A stretch of 64,000 nucleotides of DNA from Octopus sinensis. Its lineage: Eukaryota. The DNA lies in assembly GCF_006345805.1 (NCBI RefSeq), contig NC_043008.1:76818001-76882000 (forward strand), read 5' to 3'. The notes beneath the pieces were generated by a model. The model saw only the letters and a list, made by a program, of their open reading frames with translations. It ran no database searches and was not told the DNA's origin. Position numbers and translations under genes: made by a program. The first letter of the stretch is position 1. Each line of letters opens with the position of its first letter. Positions 14,034 through 27,879 of the stretch are shown in pieces.

Positions 14034-15400
14034 GTTACATTAACTTCTTATTTGGTTCACGGTATGGTCTAAAACAATTATTTTATAGTTTTTACGTTGC
14101 GTCAAGAAAATTAATAGCTATAAGGTTAGTATCTACAGTAATAAATACTAAGTCTTATTTCTTGAAATATTTAAATTTTTTTCTACATCTATCTAACTTA
14201 CGACCGTTACTGTTTCTCAATAAATCTAGTATAGCCCTACAATTTCACTCACCGAGCTCCATCATAGGCTTCTCTCGAACAATTCGTTACTACTTTTAAT
14301 CCGTGTATCGCTATCGAAAAAAAGGGGTGATTTTCTCGAATTCATAAACACATCAATATCCGACTCACTAATAACAGTGTTTGTTTTTGAAAAATCTTGG
14401 GTTTTCACCAACGAAGTTAGGTTATTGAAAATTAAAAGTCAGCTATGTCAAATCACGTTGAATCAACATTTTTTCTTCTCTTTTACTCAAGGAAACCATT
14501 CTAGTACTTCTGAAGTGTTGCCCCATGATCTTAATGAGGAAACTACATTTTATTCTTTTGAGCATTGATTTTGCTAACTTTGCATAACTTTGGCTAAGCT
14601 GGGTTAATCAGTCCACTGTTAGGGTTACTCTCGAAGCTTTCTTCATGGTTCATAAGCGTTAAAAAAAGTGGAGGACTGAGGCTACTGGATATTCTACTTT
14701 ATCTTCTGCTTTGCAATTAACCCATTGGCTTCTAGATGAATGAACCTATAAGCTTTGTTTTTAGATTTCTTATTAATATTTATTATACTGATAGAAGTCT
14801 TTTATATGTGAAAACCCCTATGTTATAAACATACTTTGTTTTATTAGGAGAAACATGCAACTTATCGGATTTGCATAGAAGTTACTTTAGAAACTGTTGT
14901 CCACCTAACGGAAGTCGATTCTTTTAAAGAATCGAGTAGTTTTTCAGTCCTCACGTCATAGTTTCAGCATTGCAACTTTCTATACAAATTACTACCAGCA
15001 GTTTTATGTCAACTTCAATGAATACTTAAAACCGAAAAAAGTGTTAAAATACCTTGCGTACCTGGTCAGAGGATACAAGTAAAATATCAAAAATGTCCAC
15101 TTTTCTAGATGCAACGGCTGAAATCCTTAGTCTATAATAAATAAGAAGCGATCGGAAGAGAGGGTCAATAAAGCAAAAGCTAGAGTAAACTGCCTTCTGA
15201 TGACTCAGGTATCCTTTAGAAAAGTAGTTTCAAGCCGAAAATTTGAAAGAAGTCGTGATTGTATAGGATATTACTCGATAACATGTTTTTAGTTTAATTC
15301 ATTTTTAAATGTCACTGTTCGAGTTGACAATATTCCACGTTCTTGTATTGTGTCAACTAAAGTTTAGCTGCTTTTGTGAATTTTCTGTTTCAGTTCCCCA
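14034..15400 (-). mobile_element. Penelope-like element, N-terminal and RT half, degenerate
   Basis: SNPNSGLINPA, FDIADF, DIDVFMNSRKSPLFF, EIVGLY, ITVDTNLIAINFLDAT..FRPYREPN. Confidence 0.75.
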
Positions 15401-16170
15401 CCTCTTCCTTCCTTTCTTTTTCTGTCCCTTATGTTAATGTATTTGATGTAAAATCAATTCTACAAGCCTCACCCACACCCTCACGCGTTGGTGGGTGGCA
15501 ACAGAAGATCCCCTCTTACGGCTCTTCATACCTTGCATAATATTATTCCCATTGGCCCCAATTTCAATTCTGCACACACGCGCGCGCGCGCGCAAACACA
15601 TGAGAGACAGAGAGCGCAATATCTTGAAAGGGTTTGGAAATGCCATGGTCGCTATTTCTTCTTCTAGACTAATATAAATAGTAAATAAATAAAATAGGAG
15701 ATTAGAGTGAGGGCAGGTGAATGAAGAATGATTTTTAAAACAGATAGTTAAGAAAGAAATATGTTGGTAAAATATTTTAGATTTCTTAAGGTATATACCA
15801 ACCAGCTAGAAATAACAGTCAAATATCATTACTCTTTTAAAGAGAAAGAATTACACAAAAAATAATTTAATCCTAGATATACGAGACTGAAACAAAGACT
15901 TGCTGGTCATGACTGGAACATCATCTTATAATAATTCTACTTCTCATTGCGTTACTTGGCCCGTTGGTAACTCTTGCACGTGATTAGAGAAAAGAGGTAG
16001 AAAGAAAAGGAGAGAGAAAAGAGGAGGGAGAAAAAGAGGGAAAGAGAAGCGTCCATGGCGTGAGGTAGAGGGAATGTAATATTTATTACGTGGTTTAAAA
16101 AGTTAGTTAAAGGAGAGTTAAAAATATAATTTTAGCAGACTGATGTTCTGATGGTGACTTTAAAAAAGGC

Positions 16171-16201
<31 letters not shown>

Positions 16202-17919
16202 GACAGAGAGAGGTGGTGGTGGCGATGGTGGTGATGGTTGGCTAGTGAAAAGTATATATATTTTGTAATTGAACTAAAACTTTTTGTATCACCTATCACT
16301 TAACATATGCGCATAAGTGCAATTCCTTGAAATATTCATGCTTATTTACGTGGCAGATACATACAATTTAACTAAAGATTGTATCATATGTACGGGATTT
16401 GGGGTGGGGAATAAGAGTGAATATTTATTTTATGAGTGCTGTGTATTAAGTCAATAAAATTGTGCATAAAGTGTATATATAAAGTGCATTAAGTAATTCC
16501 AATTTCTTTCACTTTACAATGAGTAACAGATGAGCGACTATCTTTCCATATAGACACAACACAAAGTTTTCAGAAATAACTGAATAGGTTATTAATTCCA
16601 TGAAATATTCACGGGTCCCGCTAGTAAGGATTAATCTGGGAATTAAACAAATTAAAAGGAATATCAACAAGAAGTAAACATGCTAGGATTGAACCAGTAA
16701 TAGCGGAAACTGTATGTTTTAGAAGCAGTCTTGCAGTGAACTAGAGCTGAGTTAAAAACTTTTAAATAGCAATGTTAAGTCTGACATTTTAACAACCACT
16801 GACTAGAGATAAAAATTAGAACAGTGGTGGCGGCGGCGATGGTGGTAGTAGTGTTGGTGGTGGCAGCAGTGGTCGCCGTTGTTGTCGTTGTCGTGGCGGC
16901 GGCGGCGAGAGTGGTGATCGTTGTTTGTAGATTTATGCGATGGTGGTGGTGTGGTTGTGGTGGTGGAGGTGGTGGATATGTAAAATCCAATATTAAATGT
17001 AATGTTGGTATAATTCGGTGAAGGTCTCTCTCCCTCTCTCCTTCTTTGTCTCTGTCTCTTTCATTCTTTCTCTCTTTGTTTTCTTCTTTCCCTACCTCTC
17101 TGTTTCTCACTGTTACTAAAATAGCATCACGTGTCATGAAGTAACCCGGATGACAATGTTGTTGGAAAACAACATTAACTGACGTAGAGATGTCACGTGG
17201 TTACCGGGACACTTCGTCTGTTACACTTCCCACACATAGTAGTGTCCGAGGAGGTCACCACCACCACCACCACCACCACTTTTATTTCCTCTTTAACAGT
17301 ACACCACATTAACACACACACACGTACACACACACTCTCTCTCTCCCTCACATACGCACAAACACACACACACAAAGTTTTATGCGAAGCAGCTGTCATC
17401 TGACTGTTTATATCTCAGTCAAGGCTATTTTTTGATACATACATACACTTATAGGTACATACACATACATATGTATGTGTATCCGTATGTGTGTGTGTGT
17501 GTGTGTGTGTATCTATATATATATATGTATTTATCCCTATCAACGTATATCATCTTTCGATCTATATATATATATTGATGTGTATGTAGCCAGTGTAATA
17601 TAATGATGACTATATAAGAGAAGGCCACCAACATTATAAAGATTGTTACCAACATCAATAGTCAAACGTTTCTATCGTGAACAAAACAAAATCCAACATT
17701 GACATTAATAAGTATATCGACTAAACGTGATACCTATGGTGGATGACATGACTAAACTCACATCGGCCTCATCTAACTTCTAAAATATCAGTTGTTTTGA
17801 GATCAACCAAGAAATGCCAAATCCATTGATTTGGTTTTCATTATAACATCGTAATGTCTATCATATTGTCTAAAACATTGTCTTTCGCTGTCTATCATAT
17901 TATTTACCATATTGCCTAT

Positions 17920-18011
17920 TCTTTTATCTTTTACTTGTTTCAATCCTTAGACTGCGGCCATGCTGGGGCAACACCTTGAAAATTTTTTGTCAAATTTATC
18001 GACCCCAGTAC

Positions 18012-18068
<57 letters not shown>

Positions 18069-18240
18069 GTTGTTGTTGTTGTTATTTGTTTATTTGTTTT
18101 GTAAATCTTGATACTTATTCTATCGTTCTCTTTTGCTGAACTGCTAAGTTCCGGGGCGTAAGCGCACCAACACATGTTGTCAAGTGGTGGTGGGGGACAG
18201 ATATACATACACGTATATGTATGTGTGTGTTTTGTGTGTG
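17920..18240 (-). mobile_element. SINE family A 3' half interrupted by (ATT)n
   Basis: Contains gactgcggccatgctggggca and tttgctgaactgctaag, homologous to 42360-42540. Confidence 0.7.
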
Positions 18241-18288
18241 TGTGGTGTGTGTGTTATGTGTGTGTGTGTATGTATGTATGTATATATG

Positions 18289-18366
<78 letters not shown>

Positions 18367-18414
18367 TCGTTTCAGGACGATATTCAGGGACAAAGATAAA
18401 AAAAAACATCCCTA

Positions 18415-18535
18415 GGAGGCGCAATGGCCCAGTGGTTAGGGCAGCGGACTCGCGGTCATAGGATCTAATGGCGGTGCCCCAGCATGGCCACAGCTCATGA
18501 GCTGAAACTGGAATCAATCAATCAATCAATCAATC
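18415..18535 (+). mobile_element. chimeric mini-SINE: tRNA-derived head of family B fused to a CR1-like LINE 3' tail plus (AATC)n
   Basis: 18415-18465 matches 33331-33381. 18465-18510 matches the reverse complement of about 50440-50485. Confidence 0.75.
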
Positions 18536-19145
18536 GAAAATGATATGGACATTGAAAGAAGGAAGAGTAAGCAACCCCCAGATAACATGGAGCATTATTA
18601 CTAAAGCCAGAAAATACAGGTGACGAAAACCTTCTCTTCCTACATACACAAGCAATATTTTACACTCCGACATCTCAAAGAGGAACCACCACCCATTCCC
18701 CCATTACCACCAAGATAGTTTCTTTCCCTGAATGTGAACATTGAATACGACATACGTACTCCACACATATATGAATTCCCTCAGCACACAAACATACGAA
18801 CATCACATATACCCGGAATATAATATAACATAATATAATGCAAACAAATTCACCATCCAACATTTCTTCCACCCCACCCCACCCCCCAAAAAAGTTAAAC
18901 CCAAAGAAGATAATCACTCAAAAGGTATCATCCAAGCGTAGCACTCTTTGATTTCTTGCTTTCTTTACGGAACATTTTTGTGAATTACCAAGATTGTTCT
19001 TGTTTTCATTCAAAATGGAGACGAATAACATTCTCCCGTGTGATCGACTTGAAAAAAATAAAGATATTAAGATATTTTTCTTAACATGGAAACCAATGAA
19101 AACCTTAATATATATATATATATAATATATATATATAATATATAT

Positions 19146-19222
<77 letters not shown>

Positions 19223-19359
19223 GTTGTATACTGTCAATCTAACGTGACAGTAGGGGATTACACCAATATATATATATATATATATAAATATATACCTATA
19301 TATATATACATATATATACATACATGCATATATATATATATATATGTGTGTGTGTATGA

Positions 19360-21900
19360 TGGATTGTCTTGTCATGAACAACAAATGAAGGTTGAAAGAA
19401 CTAAAGTGTTAATCATGGACACGAATGTGTCTCCTGGGGCCTGTTTTGGCAAATGGAATAGGTTGAGGACACAGTTTGCTTGAGTGCTTGTGGATCATTT
19501 GCTATGTGTTTTCTTGAGTGGATGGCAACGCCTGCTTTGCTTCGTGCTACACAAGCATAATGACAGCTAAGGTTTCCATTTAGACAAGCAGCGTTTTGCC
19601 AGCATACCTTCATACTTGCACGAAGTTGGTCCCAATGTTGGAGCCAACTTTGCTCAAATCTTTGATCTGAGAAGTAGGACTGACACCAGGTCCTGCATTC
19701 TGATGCTTTGTTTTCCCAGGAATAAAAGGGAATGTTGCATCACTTCAGATTGTCTTTTAGTTTGTCTTTGAAGTGCATGAGTGACCCCCCCCCCAACTTC
19801 GGAATTCTAACATCACTCATGCGTAAGATGACCTGACCGTCTAAGCTGTATTTTGATGAGGATGGTTTCAATACCTGATGTATTGCATTTTGTTAGTACC
19901 TCACTGTCATGAGTATAGTCATTCGGTTTTTTGTTGGAGATGGTACGCAAGCATCGCATTTGAAAAACGTCGAGCTGGTTAATATGCTTTCGGTACTGAG
20001 TTCAAGATTAAGCACCATAAAGCAATATTGTCAAGACCAATTTCATCTTCAATGATACGTCGTGGCTGTTCCAATGCCTGTGATAAAGTTTACCGAAAGC
20101 GAAGCTAGCCTTCCCGATACTGGACTCAATTTTTTTATCCATCTTAGCAACATTGGACATAATGGAACCAACATAAGTGAAGGAGGAAACAGTTTTTAAT
20201 ACTTTCCCATCAGCATATACAGTAGGATCAACAGCGGGAAGATGGTCAAGAATGGGGTGATGGACAAGATCAGTTTTCTTAATACTGATAGTTCGATGTA
20301 CGTGAGAAGTTGTTTAGAATTCATTGCATGTCCTCAACAGAGTGTGCTACAAGTGCACAATCATCTGAAAAAAGCAAGTCTCAAACGGTTTGCACTAAAG
20401 TCTTAGTTGTTACTTTGGGGCGTTGTTGGTTGAACAAGCCAACGCCAATCCTGTACTCAAACTTTACTCCTTCTTTAACACCCTTGAATGCTGTTTCCAA
20501 CATGACGGAGAAATACAAAGCAAATAAAAGCGGTGCAAGAATACAGCCTAATTTTGTCCCATTTGAAACTGTGAATTAATCCTGCATTTCCCCGCTAGAT
20601 CTGACAGAAGCCATCATCCCTTGATGGTAAGAAATGATAACATTGAGCATCTTTACGGGAATACCTAGCTTTCTAAGGACAACCCAAAGAGCATTCATAG
20701 ATACGGTGTCGAAAGCGTTAGTTAGCTCTGCAAAAGTGCAAAAGTGAGAAAAAGGTGTCGGTTGTGCTCACGAGCTTTTCCTGTAGCTGTCTTAGGCTAA
20801 AAGTCATATCTACTGTCTCTCTATCAACCTGAAATCTACACTGAGATTCAGGCACTACTAAGCTGGCAAGGGCATCATTTAGTCTGTTTTAGATAAACCT
20901 TCCAATGATCTTCTCGACAACATACAAAAGGGAGATACCTCTATGGTTGTCACATTCACATTTGTTGCCTTTGTTCTTATAAAGACGAACAACAGAAGAG
21001 TCTTTAAATTCTTGTGGAACTTACCTGATTTTCAGATTAAGCAGGAGACTGCTACCACATTTATATATCTCGGCTGATGTGCCATCGTTCCCAGACGACT
21101 TTCCATTCGTGAGCTGTTTTATGGCCTTTTTTTATCTCAGCATTTGATGGAGCGATTGACAGTTCGTGAAGGATAGGACTCTGTGATAGGTTATTGATCA
21201 GTTCTTTATCAACAATTAAGTCCATATTCATAACATTTGAAAAATACTCTGCTCAGCGCTTCGTGATCTCTTTTTTATCTGTGAGAAGATTACCCTCATT
21301 TGAAATTTTGGGAGTTGAGGTCAAAAAATACCGTCTATATTCTGATAGAATAACCAGGAGTCAAATCTGTCCGCGGCATTCTACAACTCTTGTGCCTTCT
21401 TTTGCCACTATATCTGTTTCATTTGCCTCAGTCGTGATTGGCATGTATTTCTAGCCTTCTTAAACTCGTTGCGTTTTGTGACATTATTTTTATTTGACAT
21501 CCATTGAGAGTGGCACTCGTGCATATTGTCAAAAAGAGGAGATATGTTTAGATCATTTGAGTTGAAACAATCTTGGTGCTTCCTCTTAACATACCCGAGT
21601 GCTTCACAAGATGACTCAAATACAGCATTTTTAAAAGCAAACCAAGATGATTCAATATCTGTTTTGTCTGTGATGCCAACAAGTTTGTTGTCACAGGTTG
21701 TTTGAAATGAGGTTAAACAGTCATTGTTCCTCAGCTTTGTCATAGCCATTTTTCGAATTGGTCGAGTGCGATTGTTACAAATGGGACTGCGGATAGTAAA
21801 ATTCACCTTTGATCGTATCAGTTTATGGTCAGACCAACATTCCCCAATGTAGAAAGAAAGCGTTACTTGGACATCCTCCTTCCTGGAGACCTCACAATTA
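19360..21900 (-). mobile_element. RTE (BovB-like) LINE, 5'-truncated, degenerate
   Basis: End of APE (CWSDHKLIRSKVNF), WFAFKNAV..RKHQDCF, GKSSGNDGTSAEIYK, FDTVS, LFSDDCALVAH. The 3' UTR ends in (AC)n. Confidence 0.9.
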
Positions 21901-22279
21901 GGTAATCAATGAAGTGATATTAGTTTGATCGGGGATGCTTCCAGATAGTGTTATGGTAATTGGGGAGTTGGAAAATAGAAGCGTTTTTACTTTAATTCTT
22001 GCTGCTTCGTATGTTTGTATAAAGCGTGTGTACGTGCGTGCGTGCGTGCTTGCGAGCATGAATACGTGCATGCGTGGTGCGTGCGTGGTGCGTGTATGCC
22101 TACAGGAGTACGTGCGTGCGTGGTGAGTGTGTGCATGCGTGGTGAGTGTGTGCGTGCGTGCGTGTGTGTACTTACGAGGTCCTGTTCAGAATCTGCAAAA
22201 TTGTCTCTAATATATGAAGAAAAAGGACAAATTTACAAGTCCTTTTATTTAGAAAATAATAAAACAAATTATATTTTTA

Positions 22280-22682
22280 TCTCTATATTATAATTCTGAA
22301 ATGCAAAATGTTTCTTTGTCTGGTTTTTGGCATTAGAACGGGTTAAAGGCCACTAGATCCCGTCGGATCGACTCCAAAATTTACAGGGACATGTAAAATG
22401 AGACGAGGATGTCAGTGGGCTAGGTTAGAAAAGATGTCGTCGCTAGGGCCAAAAACGCACACTTTGACAAGTCTACTCTCATTTTTTTATGTGTCCGTCT
22501 TTCTCCATCACTCACTCTCTTTCCTTCCTTCCTTTCACCTTCTCTCTATAACGTCGTTTCACGGCGTCTACCTCCCTTACCTTCACTTTCTCTCTATAAC
22601 GTCGTTTCACAGCGTCTACCTCCCTTCCTTTCACTTTCTCTCTATAACGTCTACTATCTTTCTTCCGCCGCCTTCGCCAACG

Positions 22683-22748
<66 letters not shown>

Positions 22749-22936
22749 GTCTGTCTGCATTCATAGAGAGAATTATCATCGCCACAACCACCACACAATC
22801 ATGAGAACAAATATTATGAATCAGATATTAATTGGGTTAATTTATATATGTGTGTATGTGTTCTATATATAAATATGTATATATAATGTATGTATATATA
22901 ACAAAGTGTATATATCTGTATTTATATATAAATATG

Positions 22937-23007
<71 letters not shown>

Positions 23008-23111
23008 TATATAATTTGTATACATGTGTATATATAATGCGTACACACCACACACACATATATATATAATGCTTATATATGTACATATATATATATTTAA
23101 TGCGTATATAC

Positions 23112-23170
<59 letters not shown>

Positions 23171-23971
23171 TGTGTGTGTGTGCATTATGTGGTCGGTTGA
23201 GCTGAAAATATGCACACTTATGCTAAAAGTGCTGGCGAGTTTGCATGGCAACTATTTTTTTCCTCAAATGAAAGGCGTGACAAATTTCCTCATCTTATAA
23301 AATGTGGCCTGAGTAGAACCGAATGAAATCGGGTTATATTAACCATAATGTGAAAAAAATAGTTGCCATGCAAACTCGCCAGCACCTTTCACATAGGTGT
23401 GCATATTTAGGGTCTAAACGGGGCTGGCAGGGGATTAAAATTTACAGGAGCGGGTGTTTAGGGATTTTCTTTTACATCAAGTTCAAAATTTTACGCCAGC
23501 CGTTAAACTGCCACTACGTTGCTGTCCGTCGTTAAGAAATGCCAGCCATGGTGACTCTACTATCCACAGATTGTATCCCTTCAAACTTTGGTTTCCAATT
23601 TTTTTAATTTTTATTCAGCTCACAAGTTCGTCTGTCCCTTTTAAATGTTAGTGTTTTTCTGTCTGCCTTGAAGCAGACCTTTCCGTTGTCACAGCCTGAT
23701 ATCTATGATTGATCTTTCAAAATATTTCCTTTCTCAACTTACTCAAGATCTTTTGTTCTTTATAAATGGAAGAGAGATAGATAGAGAAAGATAGAGAGTA
23801 AGAGAAAGCGAGGGAGAGTCCGAGAGAAAGAAAGAGTAAAAGAGTGGGAAAGTGAGAGAGAAAGGAGTGAGAAACAAAGAGGGAGAATGTGGTGATAAAA
23901 GACAGAAAGGAAGCAACAGAAAGTAACAACCACACTCTTACCCGCGCGTAGAGCGGGCCACCTTTAGCTAG
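22280..23971 (+). mobile_element. non-autonomous Helitron, copy 1
   Basis: A|TC start. The 3' hairpin CCCGCgcgtagaGCGGG lies 10 nt before CTAG|T at 23968-23972. Internal microsatellites. Confidence 0.8.
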
Positions 23972-23977
23972 TCAATA

Positions 23978-25412
23978 TCTATAAATCTGAAATGCGAAAA
24001 GTTTGTTTGTCTGGTTTTGGCATTGGAACGGGTTAAATGCCACTAGATCCCGTCGGATTGACTCCAAAATTTACAGGGACATGTAAAATGAGGTGAGGAT
24101 GTGAGTGGGCTAGCTTAGAAATCCCTATCTTAAAAGGTGTCGTTACTCGGGAAAAAAACGCACACTTTACAAGTCTCCTCTCATTCTCTTATCTGCATGT
24201 CTTCCTACGTCTCTCTCTGTTTCCTCCCTTCCCATCACTTTCTCTCTATAAGGACGTTTGACAGATACTACTATCTTTCCTTCGCAAGCACTGTCACTCT
24301 TTCCCCCACCGCCTCCCCCTCTCTTTCTGTATGTCTGTCTGCATTCATAGAGAGAATTATTATCGCCACTACCACCACACAATCATGAGAACAAATATTA
24401 TGAATCAGATATTTATTGAGTTAATTTATGTGTGTGTGTGTTCTATATATAAATATGTACATATAATGTATATATACAAAGTGTATATATCTGTATTTAT
24501 ATATATATATATATAATATATATATAATGTGTGCATTATGTGGTCGGTTGAGCTGAAAATATGCACACCGATGTTAAAAGTGCTGGCGAGTTTGCATGGC
24601 AACTATTTTTTTCCTCAAATGAAAGGCGTGACCTCTAGGACAAAATTCCTCATCTTATAAAATGTGGCCCGAGTAAATCTGAATGAAATCGGGTTATATT
24701 AACCAAAATGTGAAAAGGGCTCTAAATGGGGCTGGAAGGGGATTAAAATTTACAGGAGCGGGTGTTTAGGAATTCTCTGTTACATCAAGCTAAAGAATTT
24801 GCGCCAGCCTTTAAATCTTCAATGCGTTGCCGTCCATGATGAAGAAGTTTTGAATGCTTGCATTGGTGAGTCTACTGTCGTGAGAAAGAATCACTTCAAA
24901 ACTTGCTGTTTAGGAATTTTCTTTTACATTAAATTCAAAATTTTACGCCAGCCGTTAAACTGCCACTACGTTGCTGTCCGTCGTTAAGAAACGCCAGCCA
25001 TGGTGACTCTACTATCCTCAGATTCTGTCCCTTCAAACTTTGGTTTCCAATATTTAATTATTTTTATTCAGCTTGCAAGTTCGTCTGTCCTTTTTAAATG
25101 TTAGTGTTTCACTGTCTACCTTGAAGCAGACCTTTCCATTGTCACAGCCTGATATCTATGATTGATCTTTCAAAATATTTCCTTTCTCAACTTACTCAAG
25201 ATCTTTTGTTGTTTATAAATGGGAGAGAGAGATAGAGAGTAATAGAAAGCAAGGGAGAGTCCGAGAGAAAGGAAGAGTAAGAGAGTGGGAAAGTGAAAGA
25301 GAAAGGAGAGAGAAACAAAGAGGGAGAGTGTGGTGATAAAAAACAGAAAGGAAGCAACAGAAAGTAACAACCACACTCTTACCCACGCGTAGAGCGGGTC
25401 ACCTTAAGCTAG
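23978..25412 (+). mobile_element. non-autonomous Helitron, copy 2 (head-to-tail with copy 1)
   Basis: Collinear with copy 1; TC start, hairpin and CTAG|T at 25409-25413; internal ~150-bp tandem duplication. Confidence 0.8.
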
Positions 25413-25435
25413 TGTAATTATAATTTATAAAATGA

Positions 25436-25819
25436 CTAGCAGTATCGCCCGGCGTTGCTCAGGTTTGTAAGGGAAATAACTATAAAGCATTTTTAGAGAG
25501 TTATAGCCAAAAAATAGCAAAAAAATGGAAAAAAAATGATGGTAAATTTTTTTTGAAAATTAAAAAAGGTGGAGTTGCGTCCCCTAGACGGTCTGTGGTT
25601 TGGGTTTTTGATTCTCGACCCCATGTCGAATTTATCGATCTTTTTCAGAACTGGGGGAACTTTTCAAAATTTTCGCTGCGTTAGTTTTGAATTATGACAT
25701 TGGGCTATGTGTGGGTCAAGTTTCATCAGAATCGGTTGAAAGCCGTGGTCAGAGTGAGGGTACGAGAAAACAGACACACAGAAAACGCACAGACAAACTG
25801 CCGTTTATATAGAGAGAGA
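25436..25819 (-). mobile_element. non-autonomous Helitron, second family
   Basis: On the minus strand it starts A|TCTCTCTCTATATAAAC and ends gagcaacgccgggcgatactgCTAG|T. Confidence 0.8.
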
Positions 25820-27280
25820 TAATTTCATTTCTGGTAGTTACATTTCTGAAATTATAGTTTACAAAATGATAATTTCAACAAAATTTTACAAAGAAATATT
25901 CTTCGTTGTAATTTTTTTTTTTTTTTTTCACTAAAACAAGGATTAAAATCTACGAGAAAGAATTAGAATTCATTTTATTGTTCCGAATATGGTAGTCTAA
26001 TCATCAAATTAGGGTTTTAAATGAATTTATATTTAGCACTTCTGGTAAGAACAAACAGGAAATGGTGAAAAAGTGTCTGTTGAGTCACTTATACATGTGC
26101 TAAACATTAAAATGCCACCCCATGCTAAAAAAAAACGGTGTGTTTCTTGAAAATTTGTAAATATTGAAGATTTTATTGCTAAATATCTCTTTACAACACC
26201 ACTTCGACACAACATGTTAAACATCTGTTTCAGCTCTATCCACCCAATATGCATTCATTTTATGTATGCATATACGCATGCATCAATGCATGTGAGTCTG
26301 CATGTGTACACATAAACGGATTTACGCAAAAATAATTGTATGTATGTATGTATGTATGTATGTATGTATGTATATACGTATGTATGTATGCATGTATGCC
26401 TGTATGTATGTTCATATGTATGTTGTTTATAAGCATGTTTGTGTGTAATGTTTCTATTTTAATTTTTTGAATCCTTCCTACAAGGAAGGTGCTACTTTGT
26501 AAGAAAGAAACAAGTTCCGTCGTAGAAGTTTTAATGATAACAGTGAAATGTTACATGCTGAACCTCAGATAAGTTTTGCATATTCATATTGTTCCACAGG
26601 CAGATTCTATTTGTAAAGTGTGTATTAAGTTCTTTGATAACCCTAGCTTCTCGAAATTGCTACTATTTAAGTAGCAAAGAGCACCAATAATTGTTGGTAT
26701 GTGACTGTAACCAGAGTAGATAAGTTGTAAGATTAGAAGCAGTTTTCTCATAGATTTTGAAAGAAATGTTTACATCAGTTGGACAGCCGACCTCTATGAT
26801 TGTACATGCTCTTTTGGTTCTTTTTTTTTTTTGGCTCTTTTCCCTATCCCCAGTAATTGTTTCAGGGGCGTTATAAAGGGATTTCGTATAGATTTTGTTG
26901 GGAATGTTCCACCAATATTCGTTCTGTTGATATGTATATATTAAATACTAGGGGCAATTTCTATATTTCTGCTAAGGCTGTCTTTCTTAAAGATGGAATT
27001 CTACGCTGTTTTAGCAACATAATGTTACAGTGTGAGATAGTAACTTAAAGTCATTTTTTCTCAACAGTTGCTGATCGCACGTGCAGTATCCTTCACAGAA
27101 ATTTGACATAGTCGACATTTTCGGTTACATCTAGGGTGAGGTCTAAATGTTTCATTGTCTCTTTTGTTAATTAGATATTTCATAGCTAATTCCTACCTAA
27201 CGCAACTTTTGAAATGCGACGTGATGTAACGGCCACGAGTCCAAGACAGGCTACACTTCATGCTAATATTATCTGCCATT

Positions 27281-27485
27281 AAGGCGGCGAGCACGCCGGA
27301 CAAAATGCTTAACGACACTTCGTCCGTCTTTACGTTCTGGGTTCAAATGCCGATGAAGTCAACTTTGCCTTTCATCTTTTAGGGGGGCGATGAAATATGT
27401 ACCAGTTGAACAAGGGGGTTGGAATCATCGACTCAACCCTCCCCCGAAATTGCTGGCCTTGTGCTAAAATTTGAAACCAATATTA
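27281..27485 (+). mobile_element. SINE family C (tRNA-like head, Meta/MESC-like central domain)
   Basis: ggttcaaat B-box-like motif and actttgcctttcatc..gtaccag core, homologous to 50018-50245. The superfamily label is from memory. Confidence 0.65.
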
Positions 27486-27879
27486 TTGACAAAAGTACCA
27501 GCTACCTTAATTGCTGTTATTGACAGCCTCACAACATTTCTTACATTTACAAATGAAGGCGGAACTATCGTCATTAATGTTATAAATATTTTAAAGAGGA
27601 TTATTCCAAGAAAGCCTGTCTGTAAAAATGTTCGTTTTGGCATTATATCAAATTATCATTCCTGCTGCAAAAACCAAAAGGCTATATGCTAGGGTTTGCA
27701 ACTGCTAGATTTAGTAATATAACCCATAATTTCTCTGTGAATGAGCTGAAGATTTATGATAAAAATGCTAACAATGTCAAAATGCTAGAGTTAATAACAT
27801 TTTCAGCTGTCATAGGAACGAAATTTGGTCAAAAGGAATGTTCGCATTTGATCTTGAACAGACTCTGTTATTAGTGAAG

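Noticed and set aside
15190-15240. CTGATGA..GAAA hammerhead candidate
   Set aside because: There is no proper stem II closure or stem III/NUH, and it lies antisense within PLE coding sequence.
16775-17137. Ala/Thr/Val-rich ORFs as a host exon
   Set aside because: This is low-complexity (GGT/GGC/GTC) repeat with no recognisable domain or convincing splice context.
22168-22260. TACGAGG mariner-like terminus
   Set aside because: No partner TIR or transposase remnant found nearby.
27053-27142. Possible exon between tttttctcaacag and gtgagg
   Set aside because: All three frames hit stop codons within the candidate exon.
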